DNA of 64,000 nucleotides from assembly GCA_964533375.1 (NCBI GenBank), contig CAZHLW010000003.1, positions 17,823 through 81,822 on the forward strand, written 5' to 3'. The translations under genes and the position numbers were made by a program. The notes beneath the pieces are model-generated. The model saw only the letters and a program-made list of their open reading frames with translations, was not told the origin of the DNA and searched no databases. This stretch comes from an uncultured Candidatus Peribacteria bacterium. Its GTDB lineage: Bacteria; Patescibacteriota; Gracilibacteria; Peribacterales; Peribacteraceae. Shown here piece after piece: positions 42,789-52,995 of the stretch. Position 1 is the stretch's first letter; every line of letters starts with the position of its first letter.

Positions 42789-45700
42789 TTAGAATTTCTT
42801 CCGTCGCATCCACGCAAAGCCCGCTGCAGCTCCTGCAGCCATAATGGCAATGGTGGCGGGACCCGACGCCGTGTTTTCAGGCGGATCGAGCATATCTGCC
42901 GGGATGACATCGACTGTTCCGGTCACCTGTCCCTCCAGAGGATTGTCCGGAGCCGGAGTGAACGGCAGTTCAATTACCGTTGCGGGCAGGACCGACGCAT
43001 CAGACGGCCTGCGGCATAGAGACGTACAGAGCGATCCCAACAATCCGTTTTGTGATCCCAGATCACACAGTTCCAGCGGCGTATCCACTACACCATCCCC
43101 GCAGCGGCCGAATGTGCAGTCCGGACGGCAGAATGCATTGGCACGGACGGAGTTCAGTACGCCATCATCACACTGTTCACCGGGATCGAAGCGCCCGTTG
43201 CCGCAATTGGCCGCGGCAATGAAAACGGCGGAAGAAGCGGATGAAGATCGGCCTGCAAAACTCCGGGAGGATACATTGAAGGATGACGGCCTGAAGGGGG
43301 GTTTAGACGGATCATTGGGAACACAGAGGATGCAGGGAACCGCAGCGTCCTGCACACACGTGGCATCCTGCGCACCGCAGAATTCTGATCCCCCAAGGCT
43401 GCATTCGATGCCGGAACAGATGCCCGGATCTTCCTCGACAACCAAAACCGGGGCAGATGAACGCTGAGAGGAATAGATGTACCGACAACTCTGCGAGCAG
43501 GCGAGCGGCGCATTGTTGGACACAAGCGAGGGTTCGCAATCCTCCCCCAAACGGGCCTGCACAATGCCATCGCCGCATGATGCACGCGTGAAACGGCAGG
43601 CAGTACTGCACAGACTGTTTCTGCCGCCATTCAGGGCGCCGTCATCACATTCTTCGATTCCTTCGCGGCGGTTATTGCCGCAGGTGCTGGTGCGCAAAGA
43701 GGAAGAATGCCCGGAAATAAGGCGGCAGGTATTCGGGTTACAGTTGGAAGCGGGATCTGTCAGGTTGGGTTCGCAGTTTTCCCCGATGAGCGATTCGATG
43801 ATGCCATCACCGCATTCCCCTCCTTCAATTCTGCAGCTGCCGTTACAGCCGTCATCGTTCCGGGTGTTGCCGTCGTCACATTCTTCGCTGCATTCGCGGG
43901 TGCCATTTCCACAAATGTTCATGCAGGAATTTGGGGAAGAAGACGAGTCTGATGCAGGAAACTCAGAACAGCTGATACAGGGCAAATCGCCAATCGCCGT
44001 ACAGAAAGGACGATTCACAGAAGCGCAGAATGCCTGTGCTGCAGGATTGTCGCAGGCAGCGGGATCGCAAAGATTGGACAGACCGGATGACGTACTTCCT
44101 GCAGAGCCGTTGCTGCCGTTTGATCCGCTGGAACCATTTGATCCGGTACTTCCGGTAGATCCATTCGAAGCACCCGAGCCGTTGCTGCCGTTTGATCCGG
44201 CCGAAGAAAGGTTCTGCGTACAAACCTGACAATTACTAAAACCGCAACCCTGCAACGGTCCGCCACAGAAGAGGCCGACGCAGCAGTAGCCAAAAGTTGC
44301 CGACGACACAGAAGACAGGCTGGACGAAGAGCTGGCAGATGATGTGCTGCTTTGGGAGGATATTGATGATGATTGAGACGAGGACTGACTACTGCTCTGG
44401 GAAGATGATTGTGATGATGACACGGACGAAGAGCTGGCGGATGACCTGCTGCTCTGGGAGGAAGAGCGGGACGAAGAAACGGACGATGAAAAACGCGAAG
44501 AGACCGATGATGCGCTACTGCTTTGTGATGACGCCGATGATACGGAAGAGAAGCTACCGGACGATACAGAGGAAGATGAACTGGAAGAAACCGATGAAGA
44601 GCGTGATGCTGAAGAATTGCTGCTTCCTCCGGACGATGATCCTCCGCTGCTGGGACAGGCTGCAGGCTCATTCAAAACCTGCTGCACGGTGCAGGGAGTA
44701 CACGCCGCTCCATCCGGATAGCGGTTGGTGACAATAATATTCGTACAGGATTGTGTGCAGGGATCATTCGGTCCGGCATTGGGGCAAGACACACACGTCT
44801 GTCTGGTTGTACAGTCCGCACAGGCACGGCCGGGTGCTGTACAGTTGATAGAGGATTGTGATGAACTTTGGGATGATACGGACGATGCGGATGATGCAGA
44901 TGACGAACGGGAAGATTGTGAAGAAACCGAGGAAGAGCTGCGGGACGAACTTCTGGAGCTGCTGGCAGATGAACGCGAACTTTGGGATGATGCTGAAGAC
45001 GCACTGCTTGCGCACGGACAGACCGGCACTTGCGTATAGCCGTTTCCCGCTCCACTGCAGGCATCAAAATAATTCACCGTCGCATAATCCTTGCCGGAAT
45101 CCGCGGTCAGTGTCATGGTGTTCGTACCGCCTCCGTCGCAACAGCCGGGGCCTGACCACGTGGTTGTAAATTTTACCTTTCCGCAGCTATCCGCAAAATT
45201 ACAGTCTGTGCTCTCGGTGGTACTGCAGGATCCTGCTGCCAGAAGATCTGCGGATGTTTTCCCCAGAGAGAGATTGATGCTTGTGGCGACCGCGGTGTTC
45301 TGATGAAACGCATTGCCTCCTCCGCCCGCACACGTACAACTCAAAAGCGGTTGTCCCGCAGTACAGACTCCCGATTTACACTGACTTTCCGTTTTGTTCT
45401 GACAGTTATAAGTGCTGCAGGGTGTGTTTTCAGTAACTGCCGGATGCGTGCAGGAACCGCCGGAGCAAATATCATTGGTGCAGGGATTATTGTCATTACA
45501 GTTTGTAGCCTGGTTTTGGGTGGTGCATTGTCCGGAAGACGGTAGCTGTTGGCAGTTACGCGGGAACGTACATCTGCCACCCGAACAAATGTAATCCGCA
45601 GGGCAATCTGCACTGGTGCCACAGGTATGTACCATGGGAAGTTCCGCAATTGCCACACACCGGACAGCAGCCGACACCCCTTTCCAGCAGCCGGGAAAGG

Positions 45701-46181
45701 GATCATAACAAGTGGGAAACCATTCGTATCCAGGATCAATCATCGTATTCGCCCATCCGTTTGTTGCACCGTTCCCCACCTGATTATCACAAATACCGGC
45801 GCAAGATTTTGGAGGGTGTGATGCATTGCATTGCGAATTGGGTCCTCCCAAATCAGTCATTTCTGCTTTATCGAACACCAATCCATATCCCGACGGGCAT
45901 TCAAAATTGTAGGATTCTGTTCCATCCACCGTACATTGTGTACCCGGCGGGCAGTTACAAATATGGGTATACGACCATACCGGCTTTGTGCACCACCCTG
46001 ACGGACTTTGATTGGTGACGGCCTGAGCAGTGAGACTCTTCCCGACGTTCTGCGTCTTTCCGTAGAAAGCCACACACACAAAAAACATCAGAACTCCGGT
46101 TATGAGGAAGCCGTTTTGCCTAGAAGAGAGCAATGCCATGCAAGGCACAATCGTACCGGACCGCTTTGGAAAAAACGACAT
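42789..46181 (-). CDS. Giant Cys-rich/Ser-rich modular surface protein, paralog B
   Basis: 1130 aa with the same plan as paralog A and three pairs of CGNG/CGDG repeats. The C-terminus is PPENTASGPATIAIMAAGAAAGFAWMRRKKF. The start may be the internal MALLSS. Confidence 0.8.
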   Translation of the reverse strand: MSFFPKRSGTIVPCMALLSSRQNGFLITGVLMFFVCVAFYGKTQNVGKSLTAQAVTNQSPSGWCTKPVWSYTHICNCPPGTQCTVDGTESYNFECPSGYGLVFDKAEMTDLGGPNSQCNASHPPKSCAGICDNQVGNGATNGWANTMIDPGYEWFPTCYDPFPGCWKGVSAAVRCVAIAELPMVHTCGTSADCPADYICSGGRCTFPRNCQQLPSSGQCTTQNQATNCNDNNPCTNDICSGGSCTHPAVTENTPCSTYNCQNKTESQCKSGVCTAGQPLLSCTCAGGGGNAFHQNTAVATSINLSLGKTSADLLAAGSCSTTESTDCNFADSCGKVKFTTTWSGPGCCDGGGTNTMTLTADSGKDYATVNYFDACSGAGNGYTQVPVCPCASSASSASSQSSRSSASSSRSSSRSSSSVSSQSSRSSSASSASSVSSQSSSQSSINCTAPGRACADCTTRQTCVSCPNAGPNDPCTQSCTNIIVTNRYPDGAACTPCTVQQVLNEPAACPSSGGSSSGGSSNSSASRSSSVSSSSSSSVSSGSFSSVSSASSQSSSASSVSSRFSSSVSSSRSSSQSSRSSASSSSVSSSQSSSQSSSQSSSQSSSISSQSSTSSASSSSSLSSVSSATFGYCCVGLFCGGPLQGCGFSNCQVCTQNLSSAGSNGSNGSGASNGSTGSTGSNGSSGSNGSNGSAGSTSSGLSNLCDPAACDNPAAQAFCASVNRPFCTAIGDLPCISCSEFPASDSSSSPNSCMNICGNGTRECSEECDDGNTRNDDGCNGSCRIEGGECGDGIIESLIGENCEPNLTDPASNCNPNTCRLISGHSSSLRTSTCGNNRREGIEECDDGALNGGRNSLCSTACRFTRASCGDGIVQARLGEDCEPSLVSNNAPLACSQSCRYIYSSQRSSAPVLVVEEDPGICSGIECSLGGSEFCGAQDATCVQDAAVPCILCVPNDPSKPPFRPSSFNVSSRSFAGRSSSASSAVFIAAANCGNGRFDPGEQCDDGVLNSVRANAFCRPDCTFGRCGDGVVDTPLELCDLGSQNGLLGSLCTSLCRRPSDASVLPATVIELPFTPAPDNPLEGQVTGTVDVIPADMLDPPENTASGPATIAIMAAGAAAGFAWMRRKKF
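44295..44654 (-). repeat. Main Ser-rich tract of paralog B (residues 510-629)
   Basis: Seen directly in the translation. Confidence 0.85.
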
Positions 46182-46187
46182 TTTCTC

Positions 46188-49100
46188 TTAGCGGCGACGG
46201 CGTCTCCATGCATAGCCCGCCGCCGCACCCGCCGCCATAATCACCAGCGTTGCGGGACCTGTGGCTGTTGTTGCCGGTGGCTGTGTTGTGCTTCCGGTAG
46301 TGATATCGAAGGAGCCGGTCACCTGGCCCTGCAGAGCGGTATTTCCATTTGTCGGCATGAACGGCAGATCAATCACCATTGCGGGAAGGACTGTAGTATC
46401 CGATACACGGCGGCAGAGCGTGGTGCAGGAAGAAATCTCCAATCCGTTTTGCGAGCCATCGTCACACGTTTCAAGCGGCGTATCCACAATACCGTCGCCG
46501 CAGCGGCCGAAGGTACAGTCCGGACGGCAGAATGCATTCGGGCGCATGCTATTGATGAGCCCTTCATCACACTGTTCTCCCGGATCAAAGCGACCGTTAC
46601 CACAGTTTGTGTTGGCAATCGGAGCAGCAGACGAAGCGGATGATGATTTCTTCGAGGAAGCTGCAGAGGTAAATCTCAAACGGGCATCCGGTCTGAAAGT
46701 GGATATACCCGGATCGTTGGGAACGCAGAGGATACAGGGAAGCGCAGCATCCCCTACACAGGAAGCATCCTGTAACCCGCAGAATTCCGAGCCTCCGAGC
46801 GCACATTCGGTGCCGGAGCACATGCCGGGAAGATCATTGGTTGCCACAAGAGATGCCGATGATTGCTGTGGCGAATAGAGGAAATGACACTGGGCGTCGC
46901 ACGCAAATGGCGCGTTTTTGGACACAAGCGACGGCTCACAATCTTCTCCAAACCGCTTTTGCACAACATTGTCCCCGCACGCTGCACGCGTGAAACGGCA
47001 GGCAGTACTGCACATACTGTTCCTGCCGCCATTGAGCGGACCGTCGTCACATTCTTCCGTGCCTTCGCGGCGGTTATTGCCGCAAATAATCGAGCGGAGA
47101 GAGGAGTGCGATGAAGGATTGAGACGGCAGGTTTGTGCATGACAGTCCGAGGACGGATCGGTCAGAGCCGGCTCACAGGTTTCCCCAAGCAGGGATTCGA
47201 TGATGCCATCACCGCATTCCCCTCCTTCAATGAGGCAACTGCCGTTGCAGCCGTCATTGTTTTTGGTATTACCGTCATCACATTCTTCAGCGCATTCGCG
47301 GGTGCCGTTGCCGCAAATATGCAGGCAGGAATTTTTGGAAGAGGATGATGGAGGAGTGCCGGAACAGCTGATACAGGGCAGATCATTGATGGGTGTACAG
47401 AACGGGCGATCCACAGAAACACAGAATGCCTGTGCTTCGGGATTCTCGCAGGCAGCGGGATCGCAGTTATTCACGAAGATATCTGTAGAGCTGACGGATG
47501 ATCCGCCAGAACTGGTAGAACTTCTTGAACTGCTTGATGCCGATGATGCACTCGATGCACTGGAATTGCTGTTACTTGCCGAGGAACTGGAAGGCTGCGG
47601 ACACAGCTGGCAGCTCTGTAGGGTACAGCCATAGAGCGGACCACCGCAGAAGGGTCCGATACAGCAGTAACCGCCGGCGGATGAGCTGGAGGATGAACTG
47701 CTCGAACGTGATGAAGACTGGGATGAGCCGGAGGATGCCGAAGAACTACTGTTGGAAGACGACTGGGATGAGCTGCTTGCTGATGAGCCCGAAGAAACAG
47801 ATGACTGCGAGGAGGAAGACCGTGAAGAGGTTGATGAGGCGGAAGAGGCAGACGAACTGCTGGATGACAGCGATGATCTGGATGATGAATATGATGAAGC
47901 GGAGGAACTCCGGGACGATGCGCTGCTGGCAGAAGACACCGACGAGGAGCCCGAAGACTGGGAAGAGGTTGATGATGAAGAAGAAGCGGAAGACTGACTG
48001 CTTCCTCCGGACGATGAGCTCGCACTGCCGGGACAAAGCGGTGCCTCATTCAGAACCTGATTGACCGTACAGGGAACGCAGGATGCTCCATCGGGGAAAC
48101 GGCTTGTTGTAATGAAATTCACACAAGATAATGTGCAGGCATCATGCGGGCCGGCATTGGGGCAGGTTACACAAATATTTCTGGTCGTACAGTCCGCACA
48201 TGCATGACCACGGGTTGTACATCGCACAGAAGATGATGAGCTCCGGGAGGAAGCCGATGATTGCGAAGACGTGGACGATACGGATGATGAGCTTGAAGAC
48301 GACTGCGAAGAAACTGATGAGGAACTTCTGCTGGATGATGCGCTGCTTCGTGAAGACGGCGAACTTTGTGAAGAAGCAGATGACGAACTTCCTCCGCACG
48401 GACAGACCGGAATCTGTTTGTTGCCGGTACCTTGTCCGTTACAGGCATCGTGAAAATCAAGTGTGGCATAATTTTGTCCTGGGTCCGCTGTCAGGATCAT
48501 GGTAGTAGATCCGCCTCCGTCGCAGCACCCCGGACCGGACCAGGTATTTGTGTATTCCACTTTGCCGCAGCTATCCGCAAAGTTACAACTGGTGCTGTCG
48601 TTATTGGTGCAGGATCCTGCAGCCAGAAGAGATGCCGGACGGTTAAAAGAAAGATCCACAAGAGACGCGATATTGTTCATGCGGGTGAAATCTCCGGCTG
48701 CCACGAAGCAGCTGCAATCCTGTCTCTTTTTGCAGGATCCCGTATAGCATTTCTGTTTATTACAATCGTTAGCGGGAAGTGTGTCACAAAGATCAGATCC
48801 ATCCGGCACATCCTGCAGCTGACATGTTCCGCCGATACATTTATTCGGACGACAACTATTGCCTGATGCCGGACAATCAGAATCGACGCTGCATGCCTGT
48901 GCGGGAAGAGGGCAACTGATGGTAGCTGTCAGATTATTGGTATCGCAGTGCGTACTTGTTAAACACCCGTATGCCGACATGCCATATTGTGGAACTATGA
49001 CGCCGTCTCCCACATAGCCAAACACATTCTGATTGCCATTCCATGAATAGCCGGGATGAACGATACATTGTTTTGCCGCTATACACGCAGGGGCTAATTC

Positions 49101-49439
49101 CCCATTAGCGCATCCCATGTTTACAATCTGATTATTGGCACAGGCATCGGAAGATGGACCGAAGGTGATGCTCGTGTAAGGGGAGCCACCTGATCCCCCG
49201 CAATAAATACCATACGGTCCGCCACTGCCTATATTGCTATAGGTACATGTTCCACCCGCCTGACAGTTGCAAATCACATAGTTACCATTGAAATAACAGG
49301 AACCGGGTCCACTCACTAACTGCGCACCCAGTTGTGCCTGCTGCAATCCATGAAAAACAATTGCCCAGATGCTCATCAGCGAAAACAGTGTAACTGCAAT
49401 AATTCCGCGATGTTGAAGGAAGGAAAACATCTCAACCAC
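46188..49439 (-). CDS. Giant Cys-rich/Ser-rich modular surface protein, paralog C
   Basis: 1083 aa. The C-terminus is PPATTATGPATLVIMAAGAAAGYAWRRRRR. Only 6 nt separate it from paralog B. Confidence 0.8.
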   Translation of the reverse strand: MVEMFSFLQHRGIIAVTLFSLMSIWAIVFHGLQQAQLGAQLVSGPGSCYFNGNYVICNCQAGGTCTYSNIGSGGPYGIYCGGSGGSPYTSITFGPSSDACANNQIVNMGCANGELAPACIAAKQCIVHPGYSWNGNQNVFGYVGDGVIVPQYGMSAYGCLTSTHCDTNNLTATISCPLPAQACSVDSDCPASGNSCRPNKCIGGTCQLQDVPDGSDLCDTLPANDCNKQKCYTGSCKKRQDCSCFVAAGDFTRMNNIASLVDLSFNRPASLLAAGSCTNNDSTSCNFADSCGKVEYTNTWSGPGCCDGGGSTTMILTADPGQNYATLDFHDACNGQGTGNKQIPVCPCGGSSSSASSQSSPSSRSSASSSRSSSSVSSQSSSSSSSVSSTSSQSSASSRSSSSSVRCTTRGHACADCTTRNICVTCPNAGPHDACTLSCVNFITTSRFPDGASCVPCTVNQVLNEAPLCPGSASSSSGGSSQSSASSSSSTSSQSSGSSSVSSASSASSRSSSASSYSSSRSSLSSSSSSASSASSTSSRSSSSQSSVSSGSSASSSSQSSSNSSSSASSGSSQSSSRSSSSSSSSSAGGYCCIGPFCGGPLYGCTLQSCQLCPQPSSSSASNSNSSASSASSASSSSRSSTSSGGSSVSSTDIFVNNCDPAACENPEAQAFCVSVDRPFCTPINDLPCISCSGTPPSSSSKNSCLHICGNGTRECAEECDDGNTKNNDGCNGSCLIEGGECGDGIIESLLGETCEPALTDPSSDCHAQTCRLNPSSHSSLRSIICGNNRREGTEECDDGPLNGGRNSMCSTACRFTRAACGDNVVQKRFGEDCEPSLVSKNAPFACDAQCHFLYSPQQSSASLVATNDLPGMCSGTECALGGSEFCGLQDASCVGDAALPCILCVPNDPGISTFRPDARLRFTSAASSKKSSSASSAAPIANTNCGNGRFDPGEQCDEGLINSMRPNAFCRPDCTFGRCGDGIVDTPLETCDDGSQNGLEISSCTTLCRRVSDTTVLPAMVIDLPFMPTNGNTALQGQVTGSFDITTGSTTQPPATTATGPATLVIMAAGAAAGYAWRRRRR
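47673..48029 (-). repeat. Main Ser-rich tract of paralog C (residues 471-589)
   Basis: Seen directly in the translation. Confidence 0.85.
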
Positions 49440-49496
49440 ATCATAGCTAAAAAACAGAGAGTCCTGTTTTTTTCTTTCAGCTTACCTTGACGAAAA

Positions 49497-52400
49497 TCAT
49501 GCTTTTATGCGGCGACGCCTCCACGCATATCCGGCAGCCGCGCCAGCCGCCATGATGGCAATGGTCGCAGGACCGGATGCCGTGTTTTCCGGAGGTGGAC
49601 CATTTTCACCCGGAATGACATCGATAATACCGGTTGTATCAGTCGGAATATCGGTGACCGGCGTAAACGGTAATTCGATGACCGTTGCAGGAAGGACGGT
49701 ATCGGGATCATTGCTGAAGCGGCAGAGAACGGTACAGGTGGAACCGAGTAATCCATTGTGCGATCCCAGATCACACAGTTCCAGCGGCGTATCCACTACA
49801 CCATCACCGCAGCGGCCGAACGTGCAGTCCGGGCGGCAGAACGCATTCGGTCTGTCGGTGTTCCGGGCACCTTCATCGCACTGTTCACCGGCATCAAAGA
49901 AGCCGTTTCCGCAGTTAGGACGCAACACAAAGAGCGCAGAAGAGACAGAAGATGCAAGCGAACTGCGGGATGAACGCGAGGAGCGTGGCACAAAGTTCGG
50001 TCTGAACGGCGGCTTGGACGGATCATTGGGAACGCAGAGAATACAGGGAGCTGCAGCATCTGCCACACAGGACGCATCCTGCGCACCGCAGAATTCCGAT
50101 CCCCCCAGACCACATTCATTACCCCCACAGATAGTATCCACAAGCAGCGGCGTCGATGATGACCGTGAGGATGACGACATTGATCCGTAGATGTAACGGC
50201 AACGGGGAGAACAGGCGAGCGGGGCATTTTTGGACACAAGCGAGGGTTCGCAATCCTCTCCGAAACGGGCCTGCACAATGCCGTCGCCGCATGATGCACG
50301 CGTGAAGCGGCAGGCGGTACTGCACAGACTGTTTCTGCCGCCGTTCAAGGAACCATCATCACATTCTTCTGTTCCTTCACGCCGGTTGTTGCCACAGATT
50401 GCAATGCGCAGGGATGAGCTGGCACCGCCTTTCAGGCGGCAGGTGACGTCATCACAATCCGATGATGGATCGGTGAGGTTGGGTTCGCAGTTTTCGCCGA
50501 TGAGCGATTCGATGATGCCGTCGCCGCATTCCCCTCCCTCAATGTAACAGCTGCCGTTGCAGCCGTCGTTATTCCGGGTGTTGCCGTCATCACATTCTTC
50601 AGCGCATTCACGAGAGCCGTTGCCGCAGATGTGGAGGCAGGAGTTGATGGAGGAAGACTGGCTCGAGCTGGAAAATGCGGATGATGGTGAAGCTGCAGAG
50701 GATGTGACTGCCGTACAGATAATACAAGGTAAAGCGCTGATGGGAGTACAGATCGGGCGATTGACTGATGCACAGAAGGCAAGGGCAGCAGGGTTTTGAC
50801 AGGCGAAGGGATCGCAGAGGTTCGATATCCCGGATGAGGTGCTTCCTGCAGAGCCATTGCTTCCGCCCGATCCATTCGATCCATTGGAACCGTTGCTGCC
50901 ATTGGACCCAGTAGAGCCAGCAGAATTGGCAGACGACTGCTGCGTGCAGATCTGGCAGTTTGAAAGCGTGCAGCCGACAATAGGTCCGCCGCAGATGGGG
51001 CCGATGCAGCAGTACCCTGCACCGACAGATGACGACGAAGAGCGGCTGGAAGAGTTCAGTGATGAAGAGGATTGTGACGATGTTGATGAAGCTGAAGAAG
51101 ATTGGCTACTGCTCTGTGATGATGATTGCGAGGAGGACTGTGATGACTGACTGCTGCTTTGGGAAGAAGCAGATATTGAGGAAGAACGGGATGATAGTGA
51201 TGAAGAAGAAAATGAGCGGCTACTGCTCAGTGATGATGATTGCGAGGAAGAGCGGGAAGAGGATTGTGACGACGCACTGCCGGAAGAGACAGATGATGAA
51301 CGTGAGGATGCGGACGAAGACCGTGACGATGCCGAAGAATTACTACTTCCCCCGGATGACGATCCCCCACTGCTGGGACAGGCTGCAGGCTCATTTAAAA
51401 CCTGTTGCACCGTGCAGGGAATACAGGCCGCACCGTCGGGGTAGCGGTTGGTGACAATAATATTCGTACAGGATTGTGTGCAGGGATCATTCGGTCCGGC
51501 ATTGGGACAGTTCAGACAGATTTGTCTGGTTGTACAATCGCTGCACGAACGTCCGGCCGGTGTACACCTGAAGGAAGATTGTGATGAGCTCTGGGATGAG
51601 GATATGGATGATGTAGAGGAGATGCTTGATGAGGAGCGGGATGAGACAGACGAAGAGGAAGCGGAGCTGCGTGAAGAGCTTCTGGAGGAGACGCTGCTGG
51701 AGGAGCGTGAACTCTGGGAGGATCGGGAGGAAGCGCTGCTGGTACAGGGACAGACCGGTACTTGGGTATAGCCGTTTCCTGCTCCGCTGCAGGCATCGAA
51801 ATAATTCACAGTGGCGTAATCTTTCCCGGCATCCGCAGTCAGTGTCATGGTGTTGGTGCCGCCTCCGTCGCAACAGCCGGGACCCGACCAGGTGGTGGTA
51901 AATTTCACTTTTCCGCAGCTGTCCGCAAAATTGCAGTCCGTGCTCTCGGTGGTACTACACGATCCTGCCGCCAGAAGATCTGCGGTTGGCTTGCCAAGAG
52001 AAAGATTAATACTGGTTGCGAGCGTCCTGCTTGGGTTAAAGGCATTGCCGCCTCCACCTGCACACGTACAACTCAAAAGCGGCTGCCCCGCAGTGCAGAC
52101 TCCCGATTTACACTGACTCTCCGTTTTGTTCTGGCAGTTATACGTACTGCAGGGCGTATTTTCTGCAACTGAAGGATGTGTGCATATTCCACCGGAACAA
52201 ATATCATCGGTGCAGACATTGTTATCATTACAGTTGAGGTTTGTCTGACATTGCGAAGAAGACGCACTGGAAGAAGAAGCTGCCGGCACCGGTTGACAGG
52301 TGGAATACGAGGGGCCCATGGGCGAATTATTCTGTATGCATTTGGACGGATATGGCCTATCCGGCAGAGATCCTCCCTGATAACAATCACTGTCCGATCC

Positions 52401-52955
52401 ACATTGTTCGCCATCGGGTATAAATGAATATGGTCCGTTTGCACCATTGGAACACTGTCTTTTGGCAATATTGCCTGTGCAAATCAGTGTGTGCGACGGA
52501 TCACCTGTCCATTGTTGATAGGCACCATTCCAGCCATTGGGCTGCCAGCCTCCATTGGAAAAAGTAAATGCAGGAGTATCGACATCACAAGGAAGGAATG
52601 TGAGCTTCTCAGCGGTATTCACACTCCCCCAATATCCATGACTGGCTGCATAGGCATACTCATCCTGGCTACCATAACGGGTGCAGGTCAGGGGTTCGGA
52701 TCCTACGCTGCAATAGTATTTCCACCGCGGATTTCCTCCGCATTCGTTAATACACTTCATATCATCTTTCCCTGCACCAATAACATTCATAGATGTCGGT
52801 GCTCCATTGCCACACTGGGGAACATCAATGACAGCTGCTACAAGACGAACGTGTTGTTCTTTGTTTTGAGGCAAAAAGACAAAAAGAAGAACTGCAAAAA
52901 GCGGAAGTAGTAAACCAAGGGTGATGCCATTTTTTTTCCAAAAATAGAACAACAT
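49497..52955 (-). CDS. Giant Cys-rich/Ser-rich modular surface protein, paralog D
   Basis: 1152 aa. The C-terminus is PPENTASGPATIAIMAAGAAAGYAWRRRRIKA. Long blocks are near-identical to paralog B. Confidence 0.8.
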   Translation of the reverse strand: MLFYFWKKNGITLGLLLPLFAVLLFVFLPQNKEQHVRLVAAVIDVPQCGNGAPTSMNVIGAGKDDMKCINECGGNPRWKYYCSVGSEPLTCTRYGSQDEYAYAASHGYWGSVNTAEKLTFLPCDVDTPAFTFSNGGWQPNGWNGAYQQWTGDPSHTLICTGNIAKRQCSNGANGPYSFIPDGEQCGSDSDCYQGGSLPDRPYPSKCIQNNSPMGPSYSTCQPVPAASSSSASSSQCQTNLNCNDNNVCTDDICSGGICTHPSVAENTPCSTYNCQNKTESQCKSGVCTAGQPLLSCTCAGGGGNAFNPSRTLATSINLSLGKPTADLLAAGSCSTTESTDCNFADSCGKVKFTTTWSGPGCCDGGGTNTMTLTADAGKDYATVNYFDACSGAGNGYTQVPVCPCTSSASSRSSQSSRSSSSVSSRSSSRSSASSSSVSSRSSSSISSTSSISSSQSSSQSSFRCTPAGRSCSDCTTRQICLNCPNAGPNDPCTQSCTNIIVTNRYPDGAACIPCTVQQVLNEPAACPSSGGSSSGGSSNSSASSRSSSASSRSSSVSSGSASSQSSSRSSSQSSSLSSSRSFSSSSLSSRSSSISASSQSSSQSSQSSSQSSSQSSSQSSSASSTSSQSSSSLNSSSRSSSSSVGAGYCCIGPICGGPIVGCTLSNCQICTQQSSANSAGSTGSNGSNGSNGSNGSGGSNGSAGSTSSGISNLCDPFACQNPAALAFCASVNRPICTPISALPCIICTAVTSSAASPSSAFSSSSQSSSINSCLHICGNGSRECAEECDDGNTRNNDGCNGSCYIEGGECGDGIIESLIGENCEPNLTDPSSDCDDVTCRLKGGASSSLRIAICGNNRREGTEECDDGSLNGGRNSLCSTACRFTRASCGDGIVQARFGEDCEPSLVSKNAPLACSPRCRYIYGSMSSSSRSSSTPLLVDTICGGNECGLGGSEFCGAQDASCVADAAAPCILCVPNDPSKPPFRPNFVPRSSRSSRSSLASSVSSALFVLRPNCGNGFFDAGEQCDEGARNTDRPNAFCRPDCTFGRCGDGVVDTPLELCDLGSHNGLLGSTCTVLCRFSNDPDTVLPATVIELPFTPVTDIPTDTTGIIDVIPGENGPPPENTASGPATIAIMAAGAAAGYAWRRRRIKA
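51021..51374 (-). repeat. Main Ser-rich tract of paralog D (residues 528-645)
   Basis: Seen directly in the translation. Confidence 0.85.
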
Positions 52956-52995
52956 TCTGCATCCATCCTACGTATGCCGATACAAAAAGAAAATG

